DNA of 40,982 nt from the NCBI GenBank assembly GCA_965662845.1, contig CBFIJD010000029.1, positions 1-40,982 of the forward strand, read 5' to 3'. The position numbers and the translations under genes were made by a program. Below, one piece after another: positions 1 to 9,976 of this stretch. Position 1 is the stretch's first letter; each line of letters starts with the position of its first letter. The notes under the pieces are model-generated. The model was not told the origin of the DNA. It saw nothing but the letters and a program-made list of their open reading frames with translations, and ran no database searches. This stretch comes from an uncultured bacterium. GTDB lineage: Bacteria; SAR324; NAC60-12.

Positions 1-2
1 CG

Positions 3-353
3 CCAGAGACGGTAGAGTCTCCGACACACAGGAGTGGTACGAGCTACCTGCTGCAAAAACAGAGAGCACGCCAACAGGAGCGTCAGCGCAGTGAGGCCAG
101 AGTGAGCGCTCTGCAACACAGCGAGGAGTGCGCCCAGTCGCAAGCTCTGGATTGGCGCGCTCGTCCGATCCTGCGGATGGAGGAAGGGGCCATGCTGTGG
201 AACGCGGCGCTGTTGCTCCCTCCCGATCAGGGGATTTCAACGATTGAACAGGCCCTGCACCAAATCTGGGCTCCTCTCCACGCAGAGGTCAAATGTAGCG
301 GCCCTTGGGCTCCGTTCAGTTTTGCGAGCGAGCTGTTGGAGTCAGATCCGTGA
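3..353 (+). CDS. GvpL/GvpF family gas vesicle protein (5'-truncated by window edge)
   Basis: The frame is open from position 3 (PETVESPTHRSGTSYLLQKQR...) and continues into the 102..353 ORF. It carries the 'SGxxYL+basic' segment and the C-terminal SGPWAPFSF motif typical of GvpL/GvpF. Confidence 0.8.
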   Translation, partial: PETVESPTHRSGTSYLLQKQRARQQERQRSEARVSALQHSEECAQSQALDWRARPILRMEEGAMLWNAALLLPPDQGISTIEQALHQIWAPLHAEVKCSGPWAPFSFASELLESDP

Positions 354-1057
354 GTGCGGCCATGTGGATGCTTCACGGCATGGGGCGCTCCCAAGATGTT
401 TTGCCGGCAGAGAGCGGGGTGACGCCGCAGCACTGCGGTGATTTGTGTCTCTGGCTTTCGGCCTCCGATCCTGTCACAGCCAAGCATCCCAGCTCCGAAA
501 CGCTGCAATCGTTCATGCGAACGGCGCAACATCTCGCGCAGCTTCCCGCCTTTTTGCCTGCTCGCTACGGGATTTTGCACACCAAAGACGCCTTTGGTGA
601 GGCTGTGGCGTCCCACTCTACAACTTGGCTCCAGCGTTTGGAGGCGGTGCAGCAGTGTGATGAGTTTTCGCTGCGCCTGCTGCTGCCTCCAGAAGAGCTG
701 GTCTCTGCCCAAACTACCAAGCCGCGCACGGGGACGGAGTACTTGCGACGTCGCAAGAATGCTCCTCTGGAAATCTGGCGAAAGAAGCTGCTCGCAAAAT
801 ATGCGGAATGCGCTCGCGAGACCCGCTGGGAAAGTCGCAGAGAAGAGGGGCGATGGCTGCTCACCCTGCATCTTTTGGTTCCCCGACATCAGGCCGATCG
901 CCTTCAACAGGTGCACTCGCAGTCTCGTGCAGAGTGGAACCTGCCAGACCTTCTCAGTGGGCCTTGGCCTGTGTTTCATTTTGTGTTTGATGCCGAGCGA
1001 GAGCTTTCTGCTCTGGCGGGAGAACTGGGAAAAATCTGGGGTTCAACTATGGTTTGA
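350..1057 (+). CDS. GvpL/GvpF family gas vesicle protein
   Basis: Motifs LPARYG, TGTEYLRRRK and LSGPWPVFHF. GTG at 350 overlaps the upstream TGA (GTGA coupling); ATG at 362 is an alternative start. Confidence 0.8.
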   Translation: MSAAMWMLHGMGRSQDVLPAESGVTPQHCGDLCLWLSASDPVTAKHPSSETLQSFMRTAQHLAQLPAFLPARYGILHTKDAFGEAVASHSTTWLQRLEAVQQCDEFSLRLLLPPEELVSAQTTKPRTGTEYLRRRKNAPLEIWRKKLLAKYAECARETRWESRREEGRWLLTLHLLVPRHQADRLQQVHSQSRAEWNLPDLLSGPWPVFHFVFDAERELSALAGELGKIWGSTMV

Positions 1058-1165
1058 CCCAGTAGAGTTCGGTCTGTATGGTTCTCGACTTTGTAGGGTT
1101 GCGTTTCATTAAAACGGCTCCTTTGTGGGCGCTGAGACAACTTCTGAACACAAACAGGAGGCTTC

Positions 1166-3184
1166 GTGCAGTGGTTTGAAAACTTGAGCATTCGATACAA
1201 GATGTGGGGCGGCTACGCGGTCGTGTTTGTGGTGATGCTCAGCATCTCTCTCACCGCAATCCGCAACTTCGGATCTGTGCGCAGCAACGTCGCGACGCTC
1301 GTTCAGCAAGAACAACCCGCAATTGTAGACGCCGAGCGCCTTAGCAGCCAGTTGAACCAATCCATCGCACAAATGGGGCTCTATCTGCTGAGCAGAGAAG
1401 CCCAGAGCCAGGAGCCCTATCTGCAGAGCCTCGCGGAATTAGATCAGCTATTTTCTGAGCTTCAACAGCAGCGGGCCTTGCAGTCTGACGAGATGCAAAC
1501 CCAACTACAGATCCTTCAAGCGCAGATCGCTCAGCTGCAAGGATATCAAGCGCAAGTTCTGGAATATGGCAGCAACAACGCGGCCCGCATGCCGGCACTG
1601 AGCCTTCTCTCGAATGAGATCAACCCGCTCTTTCGTTCGGCTTTGCAGAGCGCCTCCATCATGCTGCAATCGGAGTTGATGGAGGAGGCCACCGAAGAGC
1701 GACGCGCGCTGTTGCATGAGCTGCACAACCTCCGCTACGCTCTGCTCTCGGTGATGTCGAATGTCCGTGGGTTCGTGGCTTTTCGAGACGACAGCTCTCG
1801 GGCAGGGATGTTTGATTATTTGGAACAAGCGCAGGTCAATTTGCAGAACTTGCAGGCGCAGGCGGGCCTCTTCACATTTGAGCAAGAAGAAGGGGTGCTG
1901 CTGCTAGAGGAGCAACTTCAGCAAGTGAGCGGGCTGATCGCCGAGCTGGAGAGGCTGCATGGCAGCGAGAAGGCATACATGGATGTGTTCTTGATTCGCA
2001 GTGAGATTGGCCCGTTGACCGCAGAAGCGCAGACCGCGCTAGCCCGCGTGGGCAATTATGTGAACACGCGCGTCTCACAAGTGTCGAACGACCTCGACGA
2101 GGAGATGAAATATGGCTTCTGGGCGATTGTGGTGCTGCTCATCATTGGGATTGTGATTGGTCTGAGCATCGCGTGGGTCAGCAGCGCTAAAATCATGGGG
2201 CTACTCAACACCTTGATTGATCAACTCACGCAGACCAGCGACGATCTCAACCAAACCGCGACTAGCATCACCGACACCGCACAGACGGTCTCCACGCAGT
2301 CCACCCAGCAAGCGGCGGCCTTGGAACAAACTAGCGCCACGATGGAAGAGTTTGCCGCGCAAACCCGCCAGACCTCATCGGGCGCGCAGCAGGCGTCTCA
2401 AACCATCGATCAGATGTCTTCGCAAATGTACAACGCCGCGCAAGAATCTGCGCAAACGGTCGGGCTTTCAGATCAAGCCCAACAAGCCGCGGAACACGGG
2501 GTCACCGCCATTCATCGCATCGCCGGAGCCATGCGCGAAATTCGGGAGAGTTCGACGCGCATCAACGAGATTTTAGACCTCATCAACGAGATCACTCATC
2601 AAACCAAGATGCTGGCCACCAACGCGGCGATTGAAGCCGCTCGCGCAGGAGAGCACGGCAAGGGCTTCGCGATTGTTGCCGAGGAAGTCGGAAAGCTGGC
2701 AGAAAACTCGAAAGATGCGGCCAAACAAATCTCAGATCTGGTCAAGGAGAATGTCCAGAGTTCAGAGCAAGGAAATCAACTAGCAGAAAACGGGATTCAA
2801 GCCTTGCAAGACATTCTGCACAAGTCACAGCAAGTCGCGGGCTTTGTGAAGTCCATGAGCGCGGAGGTGAGCACCCAGGCTACGTCGGCCGCTGAGATGA
2901 TGAAGCTACTGGAGAGCATCCGCACCGCCGCACACGAACAATCCGAAGGCGTCAACCAGATCACTTACACCGTCAACGAGATGAGCAACTCGACCCAAGT
3001 CACTGCGAATCAGGCCGAAGTCAACGTACAGGCCTCTGGGCGCTTGCAACAGCAGGCACAAATGCTCCTGCACATTGTGAACGAAATCCGCCAACAGGCG
3101 GGCCGCCGCCAGCTCCCCGTCTTGGCCCAAACGCCTCCCCTCCCCCTGACCGACCACCGCTCCCAACTCCGGCAATTGACCTGA
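1166..3184 (+). CDS. Methyl-accepting chemotaxis protein with a large helical periplasmic sensor and no obvious HAMP
   Basis: AGGAGG RBS before GTG; two TM segments; signalling hairpin [30 protein letters not shown]. Confidence 0.95.
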   Translation: MQWFENLSIRYKMWGGYAVVFVVMLSISLTAIRNFGSVRSNVATLVQQEQPAIVDAERLSSQLNQSIAQMGLYLLSREAQSQEPYLQSLAELDQLFSELQQQRALQSDEMQTQLQILQAQIAQLQGYQAQVLEYGSNNAARMPALSLLSNEINPLFRSALQSASIMLQSELMEEATEERRALLHELHNLRYALLSVMSNVRGFVAFRDDSSRAGMFDYLEQAQVNLQNLQAQAGLFTFEQEEGVLLLEEQLQQVSGLIAELERLHGSEKAYMDVFLIRSEIGPLTAEAQTALARVGNYVNTRVSQVSNDLDEEMKYGFWAIVVLLIIGIVIGLSIAWVSSAKIMGLLNTLIDQLTQTSDDLNQTATSITDTAQTVSTQSTQQAAALEQTSATMEEFAAQTRQTSSGAQQASQTIDQMSSQMYNAAQESAQTVGLSDQAQQAAEHGVTAIHRIAGAMREIRESSTRINEILDLINEITHQTKMLATNAAIEAARAGEHGKGFAIVAEEVGKLAENSKDAAKQISDLVKENVQSSEQGNQLAENGIQALQDILHKSQQVAGFVKSMSAEVSTQATSAAEMMKLLESIRTAAHEQSEGVNQITYTVNEMSNSTQVTANQAEVNVQASGRLQQQAQMLLHIVNEIRQQAGRRQLPVLAQTPPLPLTDHRSQLRQLT

Positions 3185-3280
3185 ACGCGGCGCGCTCCCG
3201 AAGCGCCACGACATCCGGTATTTTCAGCGGCTCCTCAAAAATCAGAGATTTGTCTGCCAAAAAATTTTTCTGAATAAATC

Positions 3281-3296
3281 ATTGATCTGATTCAAT
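3281..3296. promoter_or_regulatory. CRP/FNR-family-like operator upstream of csp
   Basis: ATTGA-TCTGAT-TCAAT inverted repeat. The inner TTGAT-N4-TTCAA has one mismatch to the FNR box TTGAT-N4-ATCAA and lies in an AT-rich intergenic region. Confidence 0.35.
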
Positions 3297-3410
3297 ATTT
3301 CTTTGTATTTGTCGAACAGCACCTTGTTTCCCCACGGGAAAATGTTACCATTTTGTTGCCTCTTAGACGAGTGGAGAGGTGATTACGATTTGATAACTGT
3401 GAGGGGAAAC

Positions 3411-3602
3411 ATGAATGAAGGACGCGTCAAATGGTTTAATGAGCGGAAAGGCTACGGCTTTATCCAGCGTGAGCAGGGGGAAGACTTGTTTGTGCACTAC
3501 ACGCAAGTTCAGGGGAAATATCTAAAAGAAGGAGAGAAAGTCATGTTTGAAGTGGGGCAAGGCAAGAAGGGGCCTTGCGCGATGAATGTGCGTTCCACTT
3601 GA
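3411..3602 (+). CDS. csp: Cold-shock domain protein (63 aa)
   Basis: [18 protein letters not shown]...DLFVHY contains RNP1/RNP2; GAGGGG RBS precedes ATG 3411. Confidence 0.95.
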   Translation: MNEGRVKWFNERKGYGFIQREQGEDLFVHYTQVQGKYLKEGEKVMFEVGQGKKGPCAMNVRST

Positions 3603-3685
3603 TCATTGGGCCACAGGGCAGCCGAGCATTGCTGTCCGATTGATCTCTCTCTCGTTTGCTCCCGCCTCCGCTCTCGTCTCCCGCA

Positions 3686-4996
3686 TCACAACCGATCAAA
3701 CACGGAGCCTTTGCCAGGTTCTAGCAAGCGCTCATACATCCGGTTTGCGTAGTTGTCCGTCATCCCCGCGATATAGTCACAGACCACTCTTCGGGCTTCT
3801 GTCTCATCCTCCGCTTGGTGGTAACGCTGTTGGAACGCTGCGGGCAGCAACAGCGCGGCTTCAGTCCACAAAATCTCAAACAATTTAGTGACAATGTGAT
3901 GTCCTCGATATGTAGACGTCTGCACATTGCTGGACAAGATCACGTGTCGCGTGACCAGCTCTTTCAGAGCCTCCAAGAAGGTTTGAGCGTCCGAAGAGAG
4001 CTCGGCCCGCCAAGCCAGTAACGGCGTCAAGAACTCTTCATCGGGTTGAAGTTTTGCGGAGCGCACCAACAGGTGCACCAGCCCGCCGACAGCCTGCTTG
4101 CGGTGAGAGCTGCTGTGTTCGGAGGTGTCAAACAGCTGCGTGGCGAGCTGCTCAATGCCTTCTTGGCCCCACCAACCTGTGTCACATTTGTCTTGAACCT
4201 CTCTCCAGTGATCTCGGGTGATCAGATGAAGCGTGATCGCATCTTCCAAGTCATGCACGCCGTAGGCGATGTCGTCGGCCAACTCCATGATGGACGTATC
4301 GAGCGCCATGTGACGCGAACGCCCGTTCTGGTTCTCTGTGGGAGCCTCAAATCTGCGGAAGCGCTCGCGGTCGGTTGGAGGCAGCGGCGCGAGAATCCAC
4401 GCTAAGATCTCAGATTCGTGGTCAAACAAGCATTTGGGGGGATACCAAGCGGTCCGAGGAATCTCTGTGGCTTGACGACTGGGCCAGTGTCTACGTGCGA
4501 CCTCCGAGAACAGCACGGGATATTTCAGGACGCCCAGCAAAGTCCGACGGGTCAGGTCTAAACCAAAATGCGGTGTGTGTGCTTCTAGGCGCGTGAGTTG
4601 ACGCAGCGTGTGACCATTGCCCTCAAAGCCGCTGGCTTCGATCATCATGCGGTTGAGCGCGATTTCGCCACCATGCCCAAAGGGCGGGTGTCCAAGGTCA
4701 TGAGCCAGGCTAATGGTCTCCAACAGCTCTAAAGAGGGGAGCCACTCCTCTAGCTCGGGGTAACGCGAGCCCAGCATCAAGCGCAGACCGCGTCCAATCT
4801 GCGCCACTTCCATGGAGTGGGTCAGGCGCGTGCGGTGAAAGTCTCCCTCAGAAGTCCCCAAGATCTGCGTCTTCGCTTGCAATCGACGGAACGCGGCAGA
4901 GTGAATGACTCTTGCGCGATCTCGCTCATAGGCTTGGCGGGGGTCATCGGGGCGCTGCACGCCTTGTGGGGCTCGTCTTTCGTGCCATTCGCTCAT
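3686..4996 (-). CDS. dgt: Deoxyguanosinetriphosphate triphosphohydrolase (HD superfamily dGTPase)
   Basis: RDRARVIHSAAFRRLQAKTQ, RTRLTHSMEVAQ, AHDLGHPPFGHGGE, ADDIAYGVHDLED, DYIAGMTDNYA. Confidence 0.95.
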   Translation of the reverse strand: MSEWHERRAPQGVQRPDDPRQAYERDRARVIHSAAFRRLQAKTQILGTSEGDFHRTRLTHSMEVAQIGRGLRLMLGSRYPELEEWLPSLELLETISLAHDLGHPPFGHGGEIALNRMMIEASGFEGNGHTLRQLTRLEAHTPHFGLDLTRRTLLGVLKYPVLFSEVARRHWPSRQATEIPRTAWYPPKCLFDHESEILAWILAPLPPTDRERFRRFEAPTENQNGRSRHMALDTSIMELADDIAYGVHDLEDAITLHLITRDHWREVQDKCDTGWWGQEGIEQLATQLFDTSEHSSSHRKQAVGGLVHLLVRSAKLQPDEEFLTPLLAWRAELSSDAQTFLEALKELVTRHVILSSNVQTSTYRGHHIVTKLFEILWTEAALLLPAAFQQRYHQAEDETEARRVVCDYIAGMTDNYANRMYERLLEPGKGSVFDRL

Positions 4997-5050
4997 AGTC
5001 AGAGGCTCCGTTGGGGAGGGACGGAAAAGGGTGCGCCCGTCTCGCAGCAG

Positions 5051-5614
5051 TTACTCCGCTGGAGGGGGACATTTGGCGACTATTTCAAGTTTGCTGGAAC
5101 CATAACGCCGCGACACCAAGATTTCGGCGTGCGCAGGCCACTCGATCTCCATTGTGGCAGGGCTCTCCACCACAAACCAAGAGTCGTTCGGAACGCTGGG
5201 GAGGCTCCATAACTTGGGGAGCAGCTGCTCGTATTCGCCCGCCGCGTAGGGAGGATCGACCAGCACCAACAGCGGCTGCTCTCCCCGAAACTGCGCCAGC
5301 CAATCTTCAGCAGGCAGGCGGAAGGTGCAGTGCAACTCCAAACCACAGAGCTTTACATTTTGCTGCAACACTCGAAATACCGTGGGATTGGTCTCTGTGA
5401 ACACCACCTGCTCCGCCCCTCGACTCCACGCCTCAAGGCCCAGCGCGCCACTTCCTGCATAGGCGTCCCACACCAAGCGTCCGTGCCAAGCGTCGCGATG
5501 TTCTAACATACTAAACAGCGCTTCCCGCAGCCGATTTGAGGTCGGCCGCACCGTAGAGCCTGCCGGAACTTGCAGCTGTAGCCCTCGTTTTTTCCCGGCG
5601 ATGATCCGAATCAT
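5051..5614 (-). CDS. rsmD: 16S rRNA (guanine966-N2)-methyltransferase
   Basis: MIRIIAG...VRPTSNRLREALFS, DAYAGSGALGLEAWSRGA, DPPY. Confidence 0.95.
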   Translation of the reverse strand: MIRIIAGKKRGLQLQVPAGSTVRPTSNRLREALFSMLEHRDAWHGRLVWDAYAGSGALGLEAWSRGAEQVVFTETNPTVFRVLQQNVKLCGLELHCTFRLPAEDWLAQFRGEQPLLVLVDPPYAAGEYEQLLPKLWSLPSVPNDSWFVVESPATMEIEWPAHAEILVSRRYGSSKLEIVAKCPPPAE

Positions 5615-5760
5615 TTCCAGTTTGTGACAAAAATGGGGAGGAGAGGGCGCGAAATCCGCGCAAAAAGCGCAGTTCGAAGTTGTGATTTCACAAGTATTTT
5701 CTATGATTTCAGCGTTTCTGAAGTCTGAGGTCTCTTTATCACCCCCGCTGAGAGGTTTGC

Positions 5761-7524
5761 ATGTTTTCGCAACTCACGATTTTTCACCGGATGCTCGGTT
5801 TGATGATGATCACGGCCATCTCGTTCATTTTGATCGGCTTCGGCTTCTACACAGTGCTCGGCGGAGTCGAGAAGGTCGGAGTGGACTCGACTGCCCGGGT
5901 GATGTTGGAAGGCGCCCGAGACAAAGTGAAAGTCGCAACGGAAGCGATGGCCTTGGCCGTGGGCGAGTCCGTCAAAAACGAAGCAGATCGACAAAAACGG
6001 ATCGAGGCCATTCGTCGCTTGGTCACGCCGATTCGTTTTGAGTCAGACCGCTCTGGTTACTTCTTCGTTTTTGAAGGGACCACGACGATTGCGCATGTCA
6101 ATGCAGACTTGCACGGCAACGACCTTGGCGAGCTGAAGGACTCCAACGGCGTTTACATGATCCGCGAGCTGCAAGAAGCGGCTCGCCGTGGGGGCGGCTT
6201 CGTGGATTACATCTTCCCCAAACCCGGCAAAGGTGACCAACCGAAAATTTCTTATGCCCGCATGATCCCCGGCACCAGCTATTGGATTGGGACGGGAATT
6301 TACGTTGACAATATTGCCGCAGAGCAAGAGGCGACCTTGGCTCAAATGCAAAAGATGGTGGCCACCGAAGAGATCATTGTGATCGTTGGAATGCTGCTCC
6401 TCTTCTTGCTGATTGTGGGGCTCTTCTTGATTGTGAGCAAACGAGTTCTCAGAGGGTTAGAAGAAGTAGACCTCGCAGCGCGCTCCATCGCTGAGGGGTC
6501 TGTGCGCATTGAACTCAGCGATCCGCAACGCGATGAGATTGGCAAACTCTTTACAGAGATGAAGAGAATGGTCGGCAACCTGCGTGCCAAAGCTGAAGCC
6601 GCACAACGTATTGCTGCTGGAGATTTGACCTCTGAGGTGACGGTCTATTCTCAAGATGACCTGCTTGGGAAAGCTCTCCAGACGATGATCCGACGGCTCA
6701 GCAATGTCATGCAAGCGATCGACGCGACTTCCGGCAACGTGGCTTTGGGGGCGAATGGTTTGTCACAGAGCAGCCGCTCACTCTCTGACGGTGCGGCCCA
6801 GCAAGCGGCAGCGTTAGAAGAGATCAGCGCATCAATGGAGCGCATCAACCAGCAGATCCAGACCAACGCAGAGAACGCAGAGAAAGCCAACGAGCTGGCG
6901 ATCAAGTCGCGTGAACAAGCCGACCAAGGGAACCAGCAAATGCGCCGGATGTTGTCTTCCATGCAGGAGATTAGCGCCTCTTCTGACAAAGTCTCTGAGA
7001 TCATTAAAACGATTGAGGAGATCGCCTTTCAAACGAATGTCCTCGCCATCAATGCTGCGATTGAAGCCGCCCGCGCGGGCGAGTATGGCAAAGGCTTCTC
7101 GGTCGTCGCCGAGGAAGTGCGTAGCCTCGCGGGCCGTAGCGCCCAAGCCGCTAAGGAGACCGCCGAGATGATCCGTGACTCCGGTGAAAAAGTAGCGGGA
7201 GGGGTGGAGATTGCCGATGAGACCGCGGCCTCCTTGGAGCGCATTGTGGAGTTGTCATCGCAAGTGACCGACTTTGTGAATCAAATCTCTAACGCCAGCA
7301 GCGAGCAATCCAAAGGCGCACGCGAGATCAACCAAGGCCTTGCGCAACTCAACACCTCGACGCAAACCAACGCGCAAATCGCCCAAGAAGCCGCCGCTGC
7401 AGGCACGGAGCTTGAGCAGCAATCGCAACAGCTGCGCAGCCTGATGACGCAATTCCGGCTTCCCCAAGCCGGTCAAAACGCGCTACCCTCTTCTGTCGCA
7501 AAGGCGCTCCCGCCGGCTGCCTGA
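5761..7524 (+). CDS. Methyl-accepting chemotaxis protein with single Cache (sCache_2) sensor and HAMP
   Basis: Cache_2 motifs GYFFV...[10 protein letters not shown]...[13 protein letters not shown]...PKISYA...[20 protein letters not shown]; hairpin [34 protein letters not shown]. Confidence 0.95.
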   Translation: MFSQLTIFHRMLGLMMITAISFILIGFGFYTVLGGVEKVGVDSTARVMLEGARDKVKVATEAMALAVGESVKNEADRQKRIEAIRRLVTPIRFESDRSGYFFVFEGTTTIAHVNADLHGNDLGELKDSNGVYMIRELQEAARRGGGFVDYIFPKPGKGDQPKISYARMIPGTSYWIGTGIYVDNIAAEQEATLAQMQKMVATEEIIVIVGMLLLFLLIVGLFLIVSKRVLRGLEEVDLAARSIAEGSVRIELSDPQRDEIGKLFTEMKRMVGNLRAKAEAAQRIAAGDLTSEVTVYSQDDLLGKALQTMIRRLSNVMQAIDATSGNVALGANGLSQSSRSLSDGAAQQAAALEEISASMERINQQIQTNAENAEKANELAIKSREQADQGNQQMRRMLSSMQEISASSDKVSEIIKTIEEIAFQTNVLAINAAIEAARAGEYGKGFSVVAEEVRSLAGRSAQAAKETAEMIRDSGEKVAGGVEIADETAASLERIVELSSQVTDFVNQISNASSEQSKGAREINQGLAQLNTSTQTNAQIAQEAAAAGTELEQQSQQLRSLMTQFRLPQAGQNALPSSVAKALPPAA

Positions 7525-7532
7525 TTCGTTCT

Positions 7533-7556
7533 GGCGGTCTCTTGCCCGAGGCCGTC
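7533..7556 (+). terminator. Possible terminator hairpin after the MCP gene
   Basis: GGCGGTCTC-TTGCCC-GAGGCCGTC stem with G-U pairs, followed by a weak U-rich tail. Confidence 0.3.
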
Positions 7557-7589
7557 GCATCTTGTTTGACATCTTCCTGAAAGCTCACC

Positions 7590-8417
7590 TTGTCTACCGC
7601 ACCAGCTCAACTTGACTTCTTCAAAACGACCCTCTCCGCATTACCCCTCTCCGCATCGTGGGAACTCGCCCGCAAGGACTTACTGCAGAATTGGCCAGAG
7701 CCCCCTGAGCCACAGAGCAGCGACTCATCCACTCCAGCCATGGACGGAGAGAGCGACCAAATGAAGCAGCGTTTTGAGACCCTCTGGAATCATGGCGCTC
7801 ACGATTTTTGGCTCTGTGGTGGCGCGTGGTTTCGGGTGGTGGAAGAACCTCTGAGCGGCGACCCCCCTGTTCGTCGTCGCTGGGTCGAAGGTCGCCTGAT
7901 TTGGGATACGTGGGAGAGCGATCAAGGCTTGACAGCAACGAGCTGGAGCCAGTGGTTGCAAGCGTGGCACACGGCGGTGGTTCCCCGGCACTCGCCGCAT
8001 CATTGGGTGTTAGAGTTCCCCAAACTGCTGAACGTTGACGAAGTGATCTGGGGGCTCTCTCCTCTCTTCGCTCAGCGTATTTGGGCAACCGTACATTTGT
8101 TGAATCCTCCGGAGAAACTGCCGCTGTCTGCGGACTGGTGGGGGAGCGAAGTTCACCGCGCCTCAGAGCTGGAGTCGGTCTTGCTCAAAATTGGGCTCTT
8201 GAAAGACTCGGAACCAGAGGGTCGGTTTGCTGAGCGTTGCTATCAGCTACTCACCTCACGCGTCGCCTCGATGGCGACTAGCTCTGCGAAGTCAGAGCCG
8301 CCAACGGACACCTTGCAGTGGCAATCCAACTTTCAAATGCAGCTAAAAGAAGAGAGCTTCTGTCACGCATGGATCGAGGCGTTACAGCAGCTGTTGCCGG
8401 CACACACGCGTTCCTAA
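7590..8417 (+). CDS. Hypothetical Trp-rich protein (start uncertain)
   Basis: A 275-aa ORF that fills the gap between same-strand genes; no recognisable motif; the TTG start is weak. Confidence 0.6.
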   Translation: MSTAPAQLDFFKTTLSALPLSASWELARKDLLQNWPEPPEPQSSDSSTPAMDGESDQMKQRFETLWNHGAHDFWLCGGAWFRVVEEPLSGDPPVRRRWVEGRLIWDTWESDQGLTATSWSQWLQAWHTAVVPRHSPHHWVLEFPKLLNVDEVIWGLSPLFAQRIWATVHLLNPPEKLPLSADWWGSEVHRASELESVLLKIGLLKDSEPEGRFAERCYQLLTSRVASMATSSAKSEPPTDTLQWQSNFQMQLKEESFCHAWIEALQQLLPAHTRS

Positions 8418-8471
8418 CCTGGAACCAAGGCGCCTCACTCACGCAACGTCAACACACCTGAAGGAGACAAA

Positions 8472-9572
8472 ATGCGCTGGTTTATGGCTTTCCTCGCGAT
8501 TGGTTTGAGTTCATTTTTTGGCGGTCTCGCTGGGGCGCAAGTGCGGGTGGGCACGGAGCCCGTCGTGGCGGGGCTTCATCATCCTTGGGGCATTGATTTT
8601 TTGTCTGCTGATGAAGCGCTAGTCACAGAGCGTCGGGGGCAGCTGTTTCAGGTCTCTTTGCGAGACGGCAGCAAGCGCCGCGTTGGGAGCGTGCCTGAGG
8701 TGTATCATCGAGGGCAAGGCGGGCTGCTAGACGTGCTAGTGGACCCTAACTTTGCGCAAAACCAACGGATTTTTTTAAGCTATGCGGCGCCAATTGGCTG
8801 GCGTTCGGGCACCACAACCGTCCTCAGCGCCAGACTAGAGCAGACCGAGTTAGTGGATCGCAGAGTCATTTTCCAAGCGAAACCGGCGTATGCGGGTGGT
8901 CATCATTTTGGGAGCCGGCTCCGCTTGGATGCGGAGGGCTCTCTCTTCATCACGAGTGGCGAGCGGGGGCGTGCGGAGGAGTCGCAAAATGTGCAAAGTC
9001 ACTTAGGCGCTGTCCTACGTGTTCACCCAGATGGGCAGATCCCCACAGACAATCCGTTTGTTGACAGCGGCGCAGGCTTGTCAGAGATCTTCAGCTATGG
9101 GCACCGCAACCCTCAAGGGATGGCGATTCACCCGCAGACAGGGGCGGTTTGGGTTCACGAGCACGGCCCGCAAGGCGGAGATGAGATCAACATTTTGCTG
9201 GCAGGGAAGAATTACGGGTGGCCAGAAACAACATACGGTGAGCAATACGGGGGAGGCGCGATTGGAGTGGGGCCGACCGCCCCTGGAATAACACCACCTG
9301 TGTTGCACTGGACGCCTTCGATTGCTCCCTCGGGGATGGCCTTCTATCAGGGAGAGGTCTTCCCGGAGTGGCAGGGGGATCTGTTGGTGGGGTCTCTCAA
9401 ATTTCAGATGTTGGTGCGCGTTGATTTGGCCGGTTCTGAGGTCGTGGGGCGCGAGACGCTCCTGCGGAATCAAATGGGCCGGATACGTGACGTCAAGGTT
9501 AGCCCAGATGGGGAGGTGTATGTGCTGAACGATCAGCCTAGCGGCGGCGTCTTCCGGCTAGTACGTCGCTAA
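8472..9572 (+). CDS. PQQ-dependent sugar dehydrogenase (YliI/GSDH family), exported
   Basis: AAGGAG RBS and signal peptide; HPWG, GQGGLLDV, HFGSR, YGHRNPQG, EHGPQGGDEIN, SIAPSG, GRIRDV. Confidence 0.93.
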   Translation: MRWFMAFLAIGLSSFFGGLAGAQVRVGTEPVVAGLHHPWGIDFLSADEALVTERRGQLFQVSLRDGSKRRVGSVPEVYHRGQGGLLDVLVDPNFAQNQRIFLSYAAPIGWRSGTTTVLSARLEQTELVDRRVIFQAKPAYAGGHHFGSRLRLDAEGSLFITSGERGRAEESQNVQSHLGAVLRVHPDGQIPTDNPFVDSGAGLSEIFSYGHRNPQGMAIHPQTGAVWVHEHGPQGGDEINILLAGKNYGWPETTYGEQYGGGAIGVGPTAPGITPPVLHWTPSIAPSGMAFYQGEVFPEWQGDLLVGSLKFQMLVRVDLAGSEVVGRETLLRNQMGRIRDVKVSPDGEVYVLNDQPSGGVFRLVRR

Positions 9573-9967
9573 CGATACTGGTGAGTCAGCGGGATCTGAT
9601 CATCGTCGATTTGGTCCGTCGATATTTGGTAGTTGGGCCGTCCCTTGCGTCTGGGGACCACTTCAAAGACGCACAAGTTGTCTTGAGTCTTCACAATGGG
9701 AAACTCGGTCTCAAATAAGTAGGGGGCCGCGTTCGCGATTTTGCTCCAAAACCCGTAGGTGGCAGCCAGACCGTTGCCTCGTACATACGAGTCCCAGAGG
9801 ACATCAATGAGCCACTCCACATAGCAGGGCGCTTCAAACACTTCGCGCTGGGTCAAGTTGTCGCGCCACACGCGCTCCCCTCGTCGATACCACTCCTGCC
9901 AATCTCGGCTCTCCCAAGGGATAGCGGCCACTCCCTGTGGCGTAATCAACTCTACGCAACGTCGCAT
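9569..9967 (-). CDS. Hypothetical protein, last gene of the tol-like operon
   Basis: A 132-aa ORF 9 nt downstream of the ExbD-like gene; overlaps the stop of the convergent gene by 4 bp. Confidence 0.65.
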   Translation of the reverse strand: MRRCVELITPQGVAAIPWESRDWQEWYRRGERVWRDNLTQREVFEAPCYVEWLIDVLWDSYVRGNGLAATYGFWSKIANAAPYLFETEFPIVKTQDNLCVFEVVPRRKGRPNYQISTDQIDDDQIPLTHQYR

Positions 9968-9976
9968 CGCTCGTCT

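Noticed and set aside
227..979. 250-aa minus-strand ORF
   Set aside because: It is antisense to the GvpL/F gene, which has clear family motifs; a GC-rich shadow ORF.
3303..3410. N-terminal extensions given by the ORF track for csp (and for prx 22353, STAS 25428, FIST 31981, SprT 19487, SBP 29777)
   Set aside because: Downstream ATGs coincide with family N-termini, and several have a clear RBS.
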